A stretch of DNA of 51,225 nt from Paraspadella gotoi (GCA_051294375.1 JBJCIZ010000065.1:11331-62555), one strand, 5' to 3'. Numbered from the stretch's first letter, positions 1 through 13,069 are shown. Made by a program: numbers and translations. Notes: a model not told the origin generated them from the letters alone.

Positions 1-1084
1 CTTCCTTAGTCTCCCCTATCCCCACTTTTATGACCTTTAGCCTACCTTCGTCGCTTTCTCTATTCGACCCGAGCTTGGCCGTCACACCTAGCGGTAATAA
101 ATCCTCGCCTCGCTTCTTTCGAATCCCAGATTTCCTTGCCCTAGAATGCGTGATCGGTTACCCAGTCCCTAAATTTCTCAATATTCTCTCACTTCCTTGC
201 AGTAACTCCCGACCTCCGAGCAAAATATTTCTTTCATCCTTCGACTTTTTTCGAAACTTTTTATTTTACCCCCTCTCGACAACTCGTTTTGATATTTACC
301 CATCTTCACTGGATAAATTATGGCTTTGAACAAGTAAGTCCATTGTAAACATAAAGAACGAGTTCCAATAATCAGGGAAACGTGCGTAATTAAGAATAAT
401 ATTAAAATCGTAAAATAATTATTCACCGAGAAATATACTTTTCTCGAACGTAAACAAAATGACATTGTTTCCACTGGAGCTCACTTGAACGCTAAATTTA
501 GGGAACCGCATTTAGAATTGATCATGGAGAAGTTTCAAAGAGAAAGTAACAATATTGTCATGATCGATAATTAATTCTACTGGCTCCTGAAGGAATATAT
601 AAAAATAAATAACAATTCCTTGACTATGATCGAGTTGTCGGAATACAAACGAAAAGGGGAAGACCACGAATAAACTGTTGACAAATGATTTGTAACAATA
701 ATTTCGAAAATGAACATTTATTCATTTCACTGCCAGAAACAAATTCGTCGATAGCCTTAAATTGCTCGTATCATTATTTATTGACGAGAATTTGTTTCCG
801 TTACATAACGTATACAAGGCTATCAGTAGTAAATGTATTTTTATTCAAAATAAAATCAGAATAATAATTCCATCGTGTAATCACGAAAAACGTTCTATCT
901 GACTCGATAGAACGGAAAAACTAAATGAATTCTCCTGGACTTATTTCAACAACATGAAATAACACGTACAAGACTTAAACGTAATAATCAATATTATTTG
1001 GCAATATTATGGAGCATATTAATTTGCAAGATTTTGACTGGATCATGGTATTAATTTTAGTTGTATTTTACTTATTCATTTTAG

Positions 1085-1616
1085 CTCACCCAAACTTGTC
1101 TTTAACGCCTGCCGGCGTTGTCGGGGTTACCACGCCCCAGCTGCACGCCTTGTGTGCAGCTATCTGGCTGGTTGCCTCGGCACGGTGCTCCGGGAGGTGC
1201 ATTTTAACTCGAATGGGGATGGAGGCATCATCAACGTGGCGCAGCTGGTGCCCAGCTGCGTCTTGCCTCCTCCCAGCCCGCGGCCTGCACTCCCGGATGA
1301 TTCCACGGTGGCGGAGGCGGCGTCGGTCATGGGGCATTTTTCCCCACCCTCACCGCGTTCGCCGTGCTCCTCTCCGACCTCAACATTGGCTACAACCAGT
1401 TCAACGACGATAACGACGACGATCTCTGATGATACCACGACTGTCGACGTCACCGGTCTATCTTCGATGAACGACTCTTTCGTTTCGGTGGCGGAGACTG
1501 CGCTCCTTCCCCCTTCTTCCCCCTCGATGCCGGATCTGACACCGGCAGAGAAGCGCATTATCCTCGGCGAAGACGATCCTCCGATCAAGACGAGCAAGGA
1601 CGAGAATGATCCTTGA
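1085..1616 (+). CDS. Putative exon/ORF encoding a Ser/Thr/Pro-rich protein of unknown function
   Basis: GC-rich island starting after a TTCATTTTAG acceptor-like site at 1084. ORF 1152-1616. Its 3' half has a diverged inverted homolog at 1746-2020 with synonymous changes. Confidence 0.35.
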
Positions 1617-2020
1617 GCAAGTACCTGGTGTGTATGGCGACTTACGATTTTTCGACGTCCTTTGTGGACGAGTTCGTCTGCGCGCGTGTTGTCCGGTGTC
1701 CCGTCCGTTATTTACCTGTTTTTTGCTGGCTGCACGGACTTCGACACCTTGCTCAATGATGCGTTTTCATCCTTAGTTTTCGTTTCTTGATGTGGAGGTC
1801 GTACTTCCCGAGGATAATACGCTCCTCTGTCCGGTGCATATCCTGGCATCGAGGGTTGAAGAAGGGGGAAGTGAGCGGGCAGTCTCTCGCACTCGAATAC
1901 GAAAAAGAGTCGTTCGTTCGATAAGTAGACCGGTGACGTCGACATGTCGTGGTAGGTCGATCAGAAGATCTGTCGTCGTTACCGGCGTGGAACTGTTGTA
2001 GCCAATGGTTGAGATCGAGT
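1372..2020. repeat. Diverged inverted repeat (arms ~1372-1622 and ~1746-2020, ~125-bp spacer)
   Basis: The plus-strand arm (CAACATTGGCTACAACCAGTTC...GAGAAGCGCATTATCCTCGGCGAAGACGATCCTCC...TTGAGCAAG) aligns by eye to the reverse complement of 1746-2020 (CAACCATTGGCTACAACAGTTC...GAGGAGCGTATTATCCTCGGGAAGTACGACCTCC...TTGAGCAAG). Confidence 0.85.
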
Positions 2021-4950
2021 GTTGGGAGGTTAATCCTTGTGAGGGATTTCTCGATCGTGAAGGTATGCGTTCGGTTGTGTCGCGATATTTTTTCGCTGGA
2101 CAATCTTCGGTTTCTTAAAACCATTGGGGTTAGGGATCGATAGATACTGGGAGCCGGATAGTAAGCGCGTCCCGGGTACACCCTCGACGTCTTGGAGTCT
2201 GAGGTTATAGTCGTGAATGGGACGTTCTCCTGGGGGGAGGGGATTAGGCGATTTGAATCGTCCATCATGCCCATGCGCTTGTATAATTCGCGCCACCATT
2301 TCTCGTTGTCTCTCGGTGCCTCGTTTCCTTTTTTTTTCGCTGTTCATCGCTGCGTGCAATTATTCGTCTTTGTCTCTGTGATGCGTGTGGCGGGTGTAAT
2401 TCGTCTTGTGGGCCTTCGTGTTTGCTTTCTGTTTCCTCTTGGAAGTTTTGCCCCATGTTCTTGTGTGGCTTTTTGTAATCTTTGGATGGCTCGTTTGTTT
2501 CGATTTTGTCGTCTGGGTTCTGCATGGCCTCTCATTCTTCCCCTCTTTGTCTCCTGTCCTTCTTGCCTCTCGCGATTTGGCGGTTGACTGCGATGTCGAA
2601 TTTCCGGGTGTTCTTTGCCGCATGGCGGATTATCTTGTATCTTGTGTATTCCAAGTTAGCGGCCGTCTTTTCTTCCGATGAAACCCTGTTGCGCTGGAAG
2701 TCCAAATTGTCGGGTGTCAAGCGGTCGAGTTCCATTTTGGAATACCGTTCCAGGTTTCGACTTGTAGGAGGTCGGGGATTAGGCGGTATAGGTGATCTTT
2801 TACGATTCCTTGCGTGGTCTGGAAGAAAGATATATGGAAGTGGTGAGATTGTTTGGTAGGGGATTAGAAAGAGAATAGAGAACGAGGGGGGTGTGGGAAG
2901 TAGAAGGATAAGAGGTATGAAAGGAGTAGAATTGAGATATTTATAGTGAATAGGGGGAAGAGTTATTTAGTGTTTGAAAGTTTAAATTGTAGTATGTTTG
3001 GAGAAGTTGTGTGTATTTGTTATTGGTTTCAATTGAGGGTTTGGTCACTTGTGATTTATTATTCTTGTTTTTAAATTACGCGGGTCTGTGCTGTCTTGTG
3101 TTCCTGGTGTTCTCTTTGTGGGTGTGTTCGTGTTGTTATGTTGTCGAATACCTGGGGTGGATTGGTTCATTCTTGGGGGCGAGGTGCGATTCGCGCAAGC
3201 TTCGTGTTGCCCGAAACCCCTGGCCGATTTAATATCGGTGGCTTCTCAAGTCGTCCGGCGATGTTGCGCTCGTTGGCGGTGTCGGGTGTCTCTGTGTTAT
3301 CCGCTTGCCTGCTTTGCTCTTCGCATTGACTGCGTTGCCAAACCCAATGACGTGTGTACGACGTTTCGTTGGGTCTTGTTGTTGAATGGTATTGTGGGGA
3401 AGGCTCTTGATGTTTGCGTGTGCCTCGTTGCTTCCTCGGTTCTCTTCTTCGGGTCTTGAGTTTGGCGTCGATGCGGTTGGTATGTCCTGCATCAATAATT
3501 CGGCTGACTGGAAGACTGAGGGATGGGATGCCTTCATTGCATGTTCTTCTTTTTGCTCATCTTTCGTTTCTCTCCTTGATTTGTCTTGTCTGCTCTTTGT
3601 TTCCAGGAAGGTGGCTTTCGCGCGGGTTTCGGTCTTGTGTGCCGTTCCTGTGATACCTGATGCTTAGGTCAACTGTCGGTCCCGGTGGGTTAAGGGCTGA
3701 GGGTTAGAGGCCGGCCTGGCTGGCGTCACTGTTAGTCCGGTTTGTGTGTTGCTGCCGGGCTGTGCAAGTTTGTATTGTTTCGTTAGGGCGCATGTTCTTG
3801 TTGGTTCTGTTTAGGAGGTCGATCGATTTCTTCAGTTTGTTTGTGTATGTAGACTGGGCGGTGCCGTGCTCGTTCTCTGGGCTTCTTTTCTTCTCTCTCC
3901 CGTGCGGGCCGGTGGTTAATTGTTCTTTTGAAGATTATTGTACCATGGTGCATTGGGTGGGGCGCGTCCGTCCTTGCTTCGTCCGTCTGGGTCCGTCGCG
4001 GGTCTTCATTTCGCACTACAACTACTTTGGACGTTCGGTTCCGCGTTCTGGCGTGGAGTGCTCTTTTGGTCGTGCAGGCGATGCGCGTGGTTCGTCGAAG
4101 GCGGTTGAGCGTGTTGCGAGTGAAGGGTGGTATGGAGGTTGGACCTAGGGAAGGGGGGAAGGGGGAGTTCAGAAAGAGGATAGGAGGCTGCACCCGATAG
4201 AATCGCGTGCACGTCCTGGTCTGAGTGGGGATAGTTCAAACGTGTGCCTGCGGCCGTTGATCGGGTCTTTTTCGATTCTGCTTAATATAGTGTGCTGTGA
4301 CCGGTGCCTTTCCGTTGAGTTCTTGATATAATCTTTCTGGGTTTTTTGCGATGCCCGTGGCGAGCCGGAAGCTAGTTTTGGTGTAGCGATTCTTGCTTCT
4401 GCTGAGACCTTGCATTTCTGTGTGTTTGAAGGGTGCAATTGGTTTTTGCACTTTTTGGAGTGCGATTTTGACGTCAAGTTAAGAAAGTCGCCTGGTCTTC
4501 ATATGGTCGGCTAGGGTGTTCAGTAAATTGTGTGTGATGGATCCGCCTTCTCTGCGGTGGCGTCTGCATGCCTCTGCAAAGTGCGAACCATATGTGTTGT
4601 TCACTCTGTTCCGGCGGGGAGCTAGATTGCTACGTAGGTTGCCCCTGAGTCGGCCTTCAAGGTACTGTGCGATCTTGTTCTCGGTCAACTCCTGCTCCTA
4701 GTTATGCATGAAGGCATTTGCGAGAAAGTTTGGTCCGGTTATTGAACAGTGTTCGCCGATTCCGTTTCGACCCCTGAATGTATTTGCGTATCCTGTATGG
4801 CTGGCCGCCTGTTAGTACCTTGATGGTCGGTTCGTAACCCCGGGGTGGTGGTTAAGGTGGTCATGATCGTGGTTTGGTTGGAATCCGGTTTCAATCGTAG
4901 GAACTGGCTGTTTGATGTAAATTCGCCTTTATCGGATGGATCAGTTTTCG
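1712..4950 (-). pseudogene. Degenerate or frameshifted coding-like block(s), product unrecognised
   Basis: GC-rich, strongly G+T-skewed plus strand with many broken hydrophilic ORFs on the minus strand. The 3' end is homologous to the 1085-1616 ORF. No domain motif recognised. Confidence 0.25.
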
Positions 4951-4969
4951 AGTTATTAATGAAAATTCT

Positions 4970-4994
4970 NNNNNNNNNNNNNNNNNNNNNNNNN
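4970..4994. other. Assembly gap (25 N)
   Basis: Run of N. Confidence 1.
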
Positions 4995-6239
4995 ACGTCC
5001 TTGACGAGCGTCGCGCCGCTGTTACCGGCCCGCCGTTTAACGGCTGGTGCACGGACTTCGACACCGCCGGTAACGGCGGACCGGACGCAGCATCACATCT
5101 TTTAAACCAATATCTATGGACCTGAAACTCGAAAACGGACTTATCTTATAAATCGGACTGTTTATTCATTGTTCTTTGTTTATTCAAATTTATTTATAAT
5201 CTTCTAACCCTGAAATCGTCGGTAAAAATGTTTTAATATCAACTATCCTGGAACAGATGATAGTTCCTATTTTTTTCTCTCTTTCTCCCATTATTCATTA
5301 TCTTCATTCTATTATAGATTTAATTTAGATTCGAAACGGTTACCTTAGAATTAACACGACGTTTGTAACAGTTACAATTCCTTTATTCACTCGTTAATTT
5401 AGAGTTTTTGATCATGGTCGTTTTTAAATTTGACGTATCTTCTAAATACCATTAATCATGCTTGAAATAATCTTTTTTACGTAGTTTTGTTTACTAACCT
5501 GCTAGAATCATGTAAAAATTTAACACCATTTAGACGCCAATTTTTTTTAGTTTCACTTTATTATCTCGACGTGGTGTACTGAGTAAATTTTCGAAAACTT
5601 TATCGCTGTCTATGATTTAGTAGTATCTTTTTTCCTTTGTTTTGTAATCATTTGTAATTTTGCTTTATTTCAAATAGTATTTACACTGTTCGTCTTCAAA
5701 AATTATCAGTCAAACAAAGAATAGATTCATTCACATAACATTAAAATAAAGGTACCGTTGGCGGACAGGTTTAAGAACAATAAAATTAAAATATTTCTTA
5801 TCTCCTTCTTCTTAATTTACTTCATTTTTTTTCCATTTTATTTCGATTTTCTATCCTTTCCTTATTCCTTCTTCCTCTCCTCTTTATTATTTCTTCTCTT
5901 CCTCTTTCCTGATTCTTTTCTTCCTATAAGCCCATTTCCTTTATATAATCTACCCAAATTTTCAGAACAGGCTCGTACTATTCGAGTTTCCAGAACTCTA
6001 ACGAGGTTCTGAAAAGGGCGGGGTGTAGAGAAATGGCGATGCCATTTTCCTATTTATTTCTTTGCCATTATGTACTTTACCACCTTTATTGTTTTGTAAA
6101 GCGCTTTTGCTTTTCTTGGAGACTTACTCTCCCTTTTCTTTCTCTTTAACCAGAATATACTAGGCATAGACTCTAGACCCTTTTCACCCTTCCAAAAACG
6201 GCCTTTTAACGATAGCTTAGGTCACACCCACGTCACGTC

Positions 6240-6656
6240 ATGTCACTTTACATCAATGATAACATTTTAGTGAGCTACGGGGCCCGGCCTAATGAGCCCA
6301 AGACTTCGTGGCTTACAGACTTGTGGACAGGCCTGATGAAGATCGTGGCTATAGACTTGTGGACGTGTTCGTGGTCATCGTCTTCAGACCACACCCGTGA
6401 CGCCTCGTCGACCACCCTCGCGGCGCCGGTATCGGCGACCGCGAGTTCTACCGTCTTCAAGACAGCGCTACGTCGTTTACGGCGCCCGTCCATCGGCGCC
6501 GGGCGTCGTCGCCCATCCTTTCCGACGACGGCTTCGAGGGACGTTGGGGAACGACTCGCTTCAGTACAGCTACGCGACGGGAGAGATACCGAGGAGGCCT
6601 CGACCTACCCTACGGGTTCGTTGACATTGACTATGTTTTTACAGTTTATCGAATAA
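6240..6656 (+). CDS. Small hypothetical ORF/exon
   Basis: GC-rich island of 138 codons with AATAAA at the stop and a short internal duplication (TDLWT/IDLWT). No motif recognised. Confidence 0.25.
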   Translation: MSLYINDNILVSYGARPNEPKTSWLTDLWTGLMKIVAIDLWTCSWSSSSDHTRDASSTTLAAPVSATASSTVFKTALRRLRRPSIGAGRRRPSFPTTASRDVGERLASVQLRDGRDTEEASTYPTGSLTLTMFLQFIE

Positions 6657-6730
6657 AGAAATATCAAAAACCAACAAACTTTAAAACTTTAAAACCATCG
6701 AACTTTAAAATTGTACGAGAAAAGAAGAAA

Positions 6731-7677
6731 ATGAAGAAAGTAAAAAGGGGATTGTACTACGCGTGTTGGGATAAGATTGAGCGTTGCAGGGGGTCCATAA
6801 GAGTAGAAACGCAATTAATGAAGGGTTGTGCAAAAAGGATTGGGACCGTGGGCTGTCCGTTCAAAGTCCACAGGGCGCAACGGTCGCTGTTCCTCGACGA
6901 GTCGGTCAGGGAAAGGTTAGACTCGTTTTTAATTTTCTTTACATTAAACAATATTTTAATATTCTAATATTTAAATATCTTAGTTTTGAGGCAAGATCTA
7001 AAAGGTGGGCCCGATTCGCGGGCAAACACAACGAATATTGGCAATTCTATAAGATCGTTATCCCAGAAGAAAAATTTCGCAGGATATTCGCGGGCAAATT
7101 CCCACTCGACATCCTTCGGCTCCAAGTCGGGCGCAAATTCGGCGATCGGCAGATGAGATCCCTTTGTCTGCGCAAGAGGCGGCCAGAAAATCCAAAAAAC
7201 TGGACATGGGACGACAGTGCCATTGTAGATCCCAGCCTTGAGCATCGGTGAGGCGCATCGGCGAGGCGATTACTCTTTATACAGTTAGTTTTAATTATTT
7301 AAAAAGTATATTAACAAATACTTTTTCAGGCACTCGTCCAAGCGCATGGCGTTCCTTGATTTCATTTCTGTGAATATTATGCCAGAGACACGCCTGCAAA
7401 CCTTCGCAAAAGACAACTTACATCGTTGGCAGGCGATTTGATTACAACCAATCTCAGTATGCGCACCCTCATGCTCGCGGACGTCAAGTTCCGTGAAGCC
7501 GTCGAAATTTTCTACTGGTGGGACATTCGGGCTGACGGACATTACGTGGCTAAGGTGAATGGCGATTTTTCACTAAAAGACTATCGTGCCTTCATTGCGG
7601 CTTCATGTAAGAATGGGATGCCCTGTCCATGTAGACAACCTCATATTGACCTGTTTCCGTTCGGTGTTTATAAATAG
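6731..7677 (+). CDS. Three-exon gene of unknown family, paralog 1 (one frameshift near 7425)
   Basis: GT-AG introns 6916-6983 and 7248-7329, both phase 2, join in frame. Motifs are shared with the 7856-8811 gene (YACWDKIER, QRSLFLDE, FPLDILRLQVG, WDDSAIVD, KDNLH, LMLADVKFREA). Confidence 0.7.
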
Positions 7678-7855
7678 ATCCATATACACAGGTGGATATC
7701 TATATAGATTTACACAAATACAAATTACTAACTTTAACTCGATGTATTATTGTGTTAATATGTTTGTGTTTCGTTATATTTATTTCGACTTTTTATTCGG
7801 TCCAGGTTTCAGGGTTAAAATTAAAAAATTTTAAAAAAAGTTTAAAAACATTAAA

Positions 7856-8811
7856 ATGAGTAGATTTTCAGAAAATGCACTCCTTTACGGCAGTTATGAT
7901 AAAATTCGTCGAATGACTCAACACGTTCAAGTACAGGGGCGGATATTCACAGATGGCAACCAACGAATAGTACCACAGTTCCAGCAATTCGGCATTTACG
8001 TGGTGCAGAAGTCGACATTCTTGGACGACGACGAGTGTCAAATGTATGTTTATTTTCTGAAATATTAAGTCGCTTTTTATATTTACAATTTTTTTTAAAT
8101 GTTTATTGATGTTGAATTTTTATCGGAGGTTCTAGGATCGATACTCTTACCGGCGGTTAAATTGGGACATGTTTCCTGAGAATTTCCACCTTTATCGGGC
8201 TCGTCTTCCGAAAAGACACGACCTAAGATCGTTCTTAAGTCGCTGGCCGATCGAGATTTTGCAGCTCCCAGTGGGAAACCTCAGACACGACACGAGTATG
8301 GAGACGCTTTTCATATACCAAGAACCCACCGGCGAAAAAAGGCTTGCTTTAGACGACACGGCTTTGTACGACGGAAGAGTAAGGATAAGGTATATTGATT
8401 AACTTCTGAAATTGTTTATTTCCGTGGGTAAATTTGTATATATGTCATTAGTTTCCAATATTAACCCCTATTAGGTACTGCTCCATACACGACCGCCTTT
8501 GCTCTTGTGAATTTCAACCCATAGAGTACTGTCATGGCCGCGACATCAGAAAGTCGGGGCCGCCAACTTTCTACCTCAACATGCAGCGTTTCTGTGCTTT
8601 GGTTAAGGACAATTTACATCTAAGGACAACCGGTGACATCACTATGTCATCTAATACTGTTTCTTTGGCGACGTTGAATTTGGCCGGCGTCCAATTCGAC
8701 GAAGCAAAGGCAATTTTTCGTTGCTGGCAGTTAAAACAAACAGCCAAATATATTAAAACTAGGGGTCGATTTAAGAGCCAACAATATCGCAATTATTTGT
8801 ATTGGATGTAG
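7856..8811 (+). CDS. Three-exon gene of unknown family, paralog 2
   Basis: Phase-2 donors at 8044 and 8390. Intron 2 (8390-8474) joins in frame to the 8581-8811 ORF; the intron 1 acceptor (~8135) is one base out of frame. Motifs YGSYDKIRR, QKSTFLDD, WPIEILQLPVG, LDDTALYD, KDNLH, LNLAGVQFDEA. AATAAA at ~8838. Confidence 0.7.
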
Positions 8812-9366
8812 TTATTATCGTAAAAATGTTTTAGCCGAATAAAATTATGCTTAATCATACATTGTTTTTGTTTAAAAACCTACGATAGTCAAAGTAAAAA
8901 CAGAGCTAAGATTATGCCGACTACTTACTAAAAATGCATAATATATATTTGACAATATTTTGTAAAATTTAAGAAGTGTAATGTCATGACTTCATCCTCG
9001 AAAAGCAGTACTATGTACCGCCATCTCATCCTCTTGTTCGTCACAGTAGCCAAACCGTGGATCTCCACCCCATGAAGAATTGGCATAAAAAATTTACCGG
9101 GGTCGTACCAACGATCAAACCTTGAACCAGAGTCTGGCGCAAACTTCTGGCCGGAAAATTTCCAACCTGGTCAAGGAGAATTCCGAAACTCTCACGGACC
9201 ACCCCCCCTTACACACCCCCTTCAACTCTTCACTCCGGACACTTACATATGTTACTATGGCCAGCGCTCCGGCCACTAATACTCACTACTACATATTTCA
9301 CTGGTCAATTCTGCTCTAACAAAAGTAATATCGATTAGCCTGGTCTCATATACTACTGAATCGCTA

Positions 9367-9575
9367 CTCTCCTCGATGGAACCGTATCTCTCTTCGATGG
9401 AACCGTATCTCTCTTCGATGGAACCGCATCTCTCTTCGATGGAACCGCATCTGTCTTCGATGGAGCCGCATCTCTCTTTGATGGAGCCGCATCCCTCTTC
9501 GATGGAACCGAATCTCTCTTCGTTGGAACCGCTTCTCTCTTCGATGGAATCGCATTCTCTTCAGCGGAATCGCAT
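9367..9575. repeat. 21-bp minisatellite, ~9-10 copies (CTCTCTTCGATGGAACCGCAT)
   Basis: Head-to-tail units without spacers; the ORF track shows the 7-aa periodicity (MEPHLSS). Confidence 0.95.
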
Positions 9576-9622
9576 CTTGTTAGTCATTCTATGCCACTTC
9601 TTCTCATGAGTTTCATTTTTCC

Positions 9623-9742
9623 CTGTCATCAGATTCCCTTGCAACCAGATTCCATTCTCCTTTGTCATCAGATTCCATTCTCCTTTGTCATCAGTTTCCA
9701 TTCTCCTTTGTCATCAGATTCCATTCTCCTTTGTCACCATCA
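9623..9742. repeat. ~23-bp minisatellite, ~4-5 copies (TGTCATCAGATTCCATTCTCCTT)
   Basis: Direct reading of tandem units. Confidence 0.85.
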
Positions 9743-10632
9743 GGTCCAATTCTTATGTATTTCTTCTCTATATCTTCAGCCTTTATTTTGATCCAATTAG
9801 AGAGTGAGAGAACAGCTTAGTGGAATTTGAAGTTTTGTTTAGATGGTTGCTTTTGGCAACAGCAGACAAATTTGATGATTCTTTGAATCAGCATATTGCA
9901 ATCGGAAGAAGTAAAAAAAAAATGTCCTGCATCAAGGGACTGAATAGAACCCATTTTCGGGTGTAATAGTAATATTTTTTTGCATTTTTCTGCGTATGAA
10001 ATATGATGCTGAATAGATCCTTTTTCGCCAGCATGCTGATGCAGGAGTCTACATAGACGACAAGTGGCCATCTCGTCGGCCACGAACTGGAAAGGACGTC
10101 CCGCCATGCGATTTAACGGGGGCGTGGTGAACGCGCAAGGGCGATCCTCGTTGTTGCTGCGCGTTTTCAGGTGGTAGCAGAAGCTCGCGTCGCTCTCCAC
10201 TTACCCTTTGAGGCGTGGTTCACGCGCGCAAATGCATGCGCTGCCACTAAGCAATGAATGGGGGCGTGAGGAGTATGCGCAAACACTTACACTTGAAAAA
10301 AAAGATTGGTTTTCCTCCGATTGAGGTGCTGCCGTGGCCCGGAGTTTTTTTTGTGGTGCATCGTTCCCGTCAAGGGGTCCACTAAAAAGTCATCTCCCTC
10401 TTTTTTTGAATAATTTGTAATGACTTTAACGTCGACGTTGTTATTGAGGCGGCGTCTCTGTGATCTATCTTTGCAAACTTAACAATGAGATCGTCAGTCC
10501 TGATGTCTTTCTCCTTCAGATAGGCGTCGACGGTTCCATCTGGCGCCAGCGTGGTTCGATCCGGTTTCTCATGGTTTTCCTATCAGTTCCATTTTCTCAA
10601 CTAAATTTGAATGCAATGGCCGGAAATGGAAG

Positions 10633-13069
10633 AAGTTGTCGCAAACGCAGCAGAAATGGGCCACATATGATAGAGAATTCTTTGCATTACTATTGCAATT
10701 AGGGCAAATGCGCATTATCTTAGGCATGCTCCGTTTGTTGCAATAACGGATCATCGCCCCTTTGCTGGTTGGCGGAAGGTTGACTCAAAGAAAGACCCAC
10801 TGGTAGGCGTACCAGATGGGCTATAGATTTAGACCCATATGATTTTGAGTTGGTCTATAAGAAAGGCAAATCCATACTGATGCAGATGCAATGAGTCGAA
10901 GAGCGATGATGACGATGACATGGCTGATGATGAATATGGCGTCTTCGCTTCTGCTCCACTCTCATTGAATCCGTCGCCTCGATGATGGTCCCGTTCTTCT
11001 TGGGCATGGAAAACCCGAACGAGGGTCCCCTAGTAAGGCCTTAATGCTAATGAAAGTGTCATTGCAACGGCTCAGAATGGAACAGGATAGCGATCCAATC
11101 ATTTCAGAAGTCAGGGACTTTGTCCGAAATAGAAAAAGCCGCCTAGAACATTTCCTAACCGATGGTAAATCCAGAAGTTTCAATAGGTTGGCTCTTGAGA
11201 TGTTGTACTATATAGGAAGAATTTCTCTCAAAGTGGTCTTGGCCCGAATTGCAAGCCATAATCCTGATTCCATGGTTAAGGAAGTTTTGGAGACTTCCAT
11301 GGTTCCATTTTCTCCGGTCACCTTCCGTTCAGAAAATTCTCGATAAAGTGCGTAGATACGCAATTGGCCGGGCGGTTGGAAAAGATGTTGCTGAACTTAA
11401 AAATTGTAAAGTATGTGATCAAATAAAAGACCTAATCTAAAGCTAGAACTCCTCTTCAGCCATTGTGGCAACAACGTCTTTGACCAATGTTATTTGCGAC
11501 TTACTTAAGTTGCCCACTGCTCTGGCGACATGAAATATGTCTTAGTAATTCAAAGATTCTTTTCCGGGTAATAGGCTTATAAGCTTAGGATAAAAACGCA
11601 TCCGGAATAGCCAAGGCATTCGAAAACCTTGTATGCTTCGCTGGTCCTCCAAAGCTGTTGACTTCGGACAACGGTGGTGAGTTTATCGCAGATGTTGTCA
11701 GGCTGTGTGTCAGATAATGGGTACGAAAAAGAGGACTAGTGTCGCGTACCGTCCCGAATCCCAAGGAAATGACGAGAGACAGAATCGTACTATACAATAA
11801 GATCTGACGAAAGGATTGCTCAATACGGTAAGAGTTGGGTGATCATCTACCATACGTAGAATGGTCGTATAATACCACTCCGTTTGCTCGTACAGAAATG
11901 ACACCTTATCTGGTATTTCTTTGGTCGTGAACTCCATTGCCCCCTTTTGTGGATGTCAAAATCGATCGATCTAAGGATCGCACCTTTGCAGGAGTACAAT
12001 TGATCAGGTTCGTAACCGTGTGAAATGATAACCGGTGAAGCTAAAGTCGAGCTGAAAGAAGAGAGCTCGAGAGGAAGAGCAATATAACAAGAAAACTAAG
12101 CATAACCCTTATTCAGGAGTGACACTGGTCTATGAGCGTTTCCTGATGGTCCTTAGAGAGAAACTTGATCCCAAATGGACTGGTCCGCTGAAGGTGGTTG
12201 AGCGTAGGCTTAGTCCAAAAGGTGGTCTTGGTATGACTTATTGGTGTGAGAGAAAGGATGGTAGTCGATGTCGTCGTAATATATGGCATTTGAAAAGAAG
12301 TGAATGCCGAATACGAGGAATTGATGAAAAAACCTCTTGTTGTAGAACAACAAAAGGTCTTAGTCAAAATTCAATTACATCTGGCTTCTTGCGATTATTA
12401 AGCAGCTCACTCAGGGATCCCCCAGTGGATCCTCCAGCTGAGATGCCCGTGGGTCTAGCCCACCTCCAATCCGCATCTGCTGACCTGTCCCAGTTACCAT
12501 GCTATCAGGTGGACACCTGCAGCAGAATCAGTTCTCGACGACCCTCAACCCTCTTCATCTGAACCCTCTCGTGATCGTGATACTTTGGATTCCGATCCGA
12601 CTTCCCAACGCTGTTGACCAATCAGATGATGTAATTATCATTGGACGTAAAGATCCAGTCTGCATCAGACAGTACAAAAGTTAAACAAGCTTGGTCAGAT
12701 ACTGTACTGAAGTTCTCAACACAAGAACTAGATCAGAGACAAGACGTTATCAGTTAGCTCTTCAAAGCTCTATGGGCCGTACTCCATCACAAGAATCTGG
12801 AGGTCCTTCCAGTTTGTGATAACCGGTCCACCGGTGTATTTGACTTGCTTTCAAGTATCAACAAGTGCTGGTGAGTTAACCCACATCGGATCTTTTTGAT
12901 GATCCAGCTACCTTAAAGTAAGACTAAAAAAAAAAAAAAGCGTTTAAATCTGCCTCTTTCTAACAAAAAACGTTGGTTCCTCTCTCTAGTGACAGTTCGT
13001 CCCACAGCTAGTGCTCTGGCTCAGTATCGAGGGAGAGGCTACAACCCCATTACCAGTACTCCTAAATAA
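10633..13069 (+). pseudogene. pol: Gypsy pol (RNase H-integrase), copy A, heavily frameshifted
   Basis: RNase H motifs plus integrase TSDNGGEF and KLDPKWTGP, in shifting frames. Confidence 0.88.

Noticed and set aside
3680-3712. Telomere-like GGGTTA motifs
   Set aside because: Only two degenerate units, not an array.
5758-6012. Hydrophobic Phe/Leu-rich membrane ORF
   Set aside because: Artefact of pyrimidine-rich low-complexity DNA; the same applies to 36609-36983 and the plus-strand ORFs at 2192-3667.
9367-9575. CRISPR-like array
   Set aside because: Units are head-to-tail with no unique spacers, there are no cas genes, and the context is eukaryotic.
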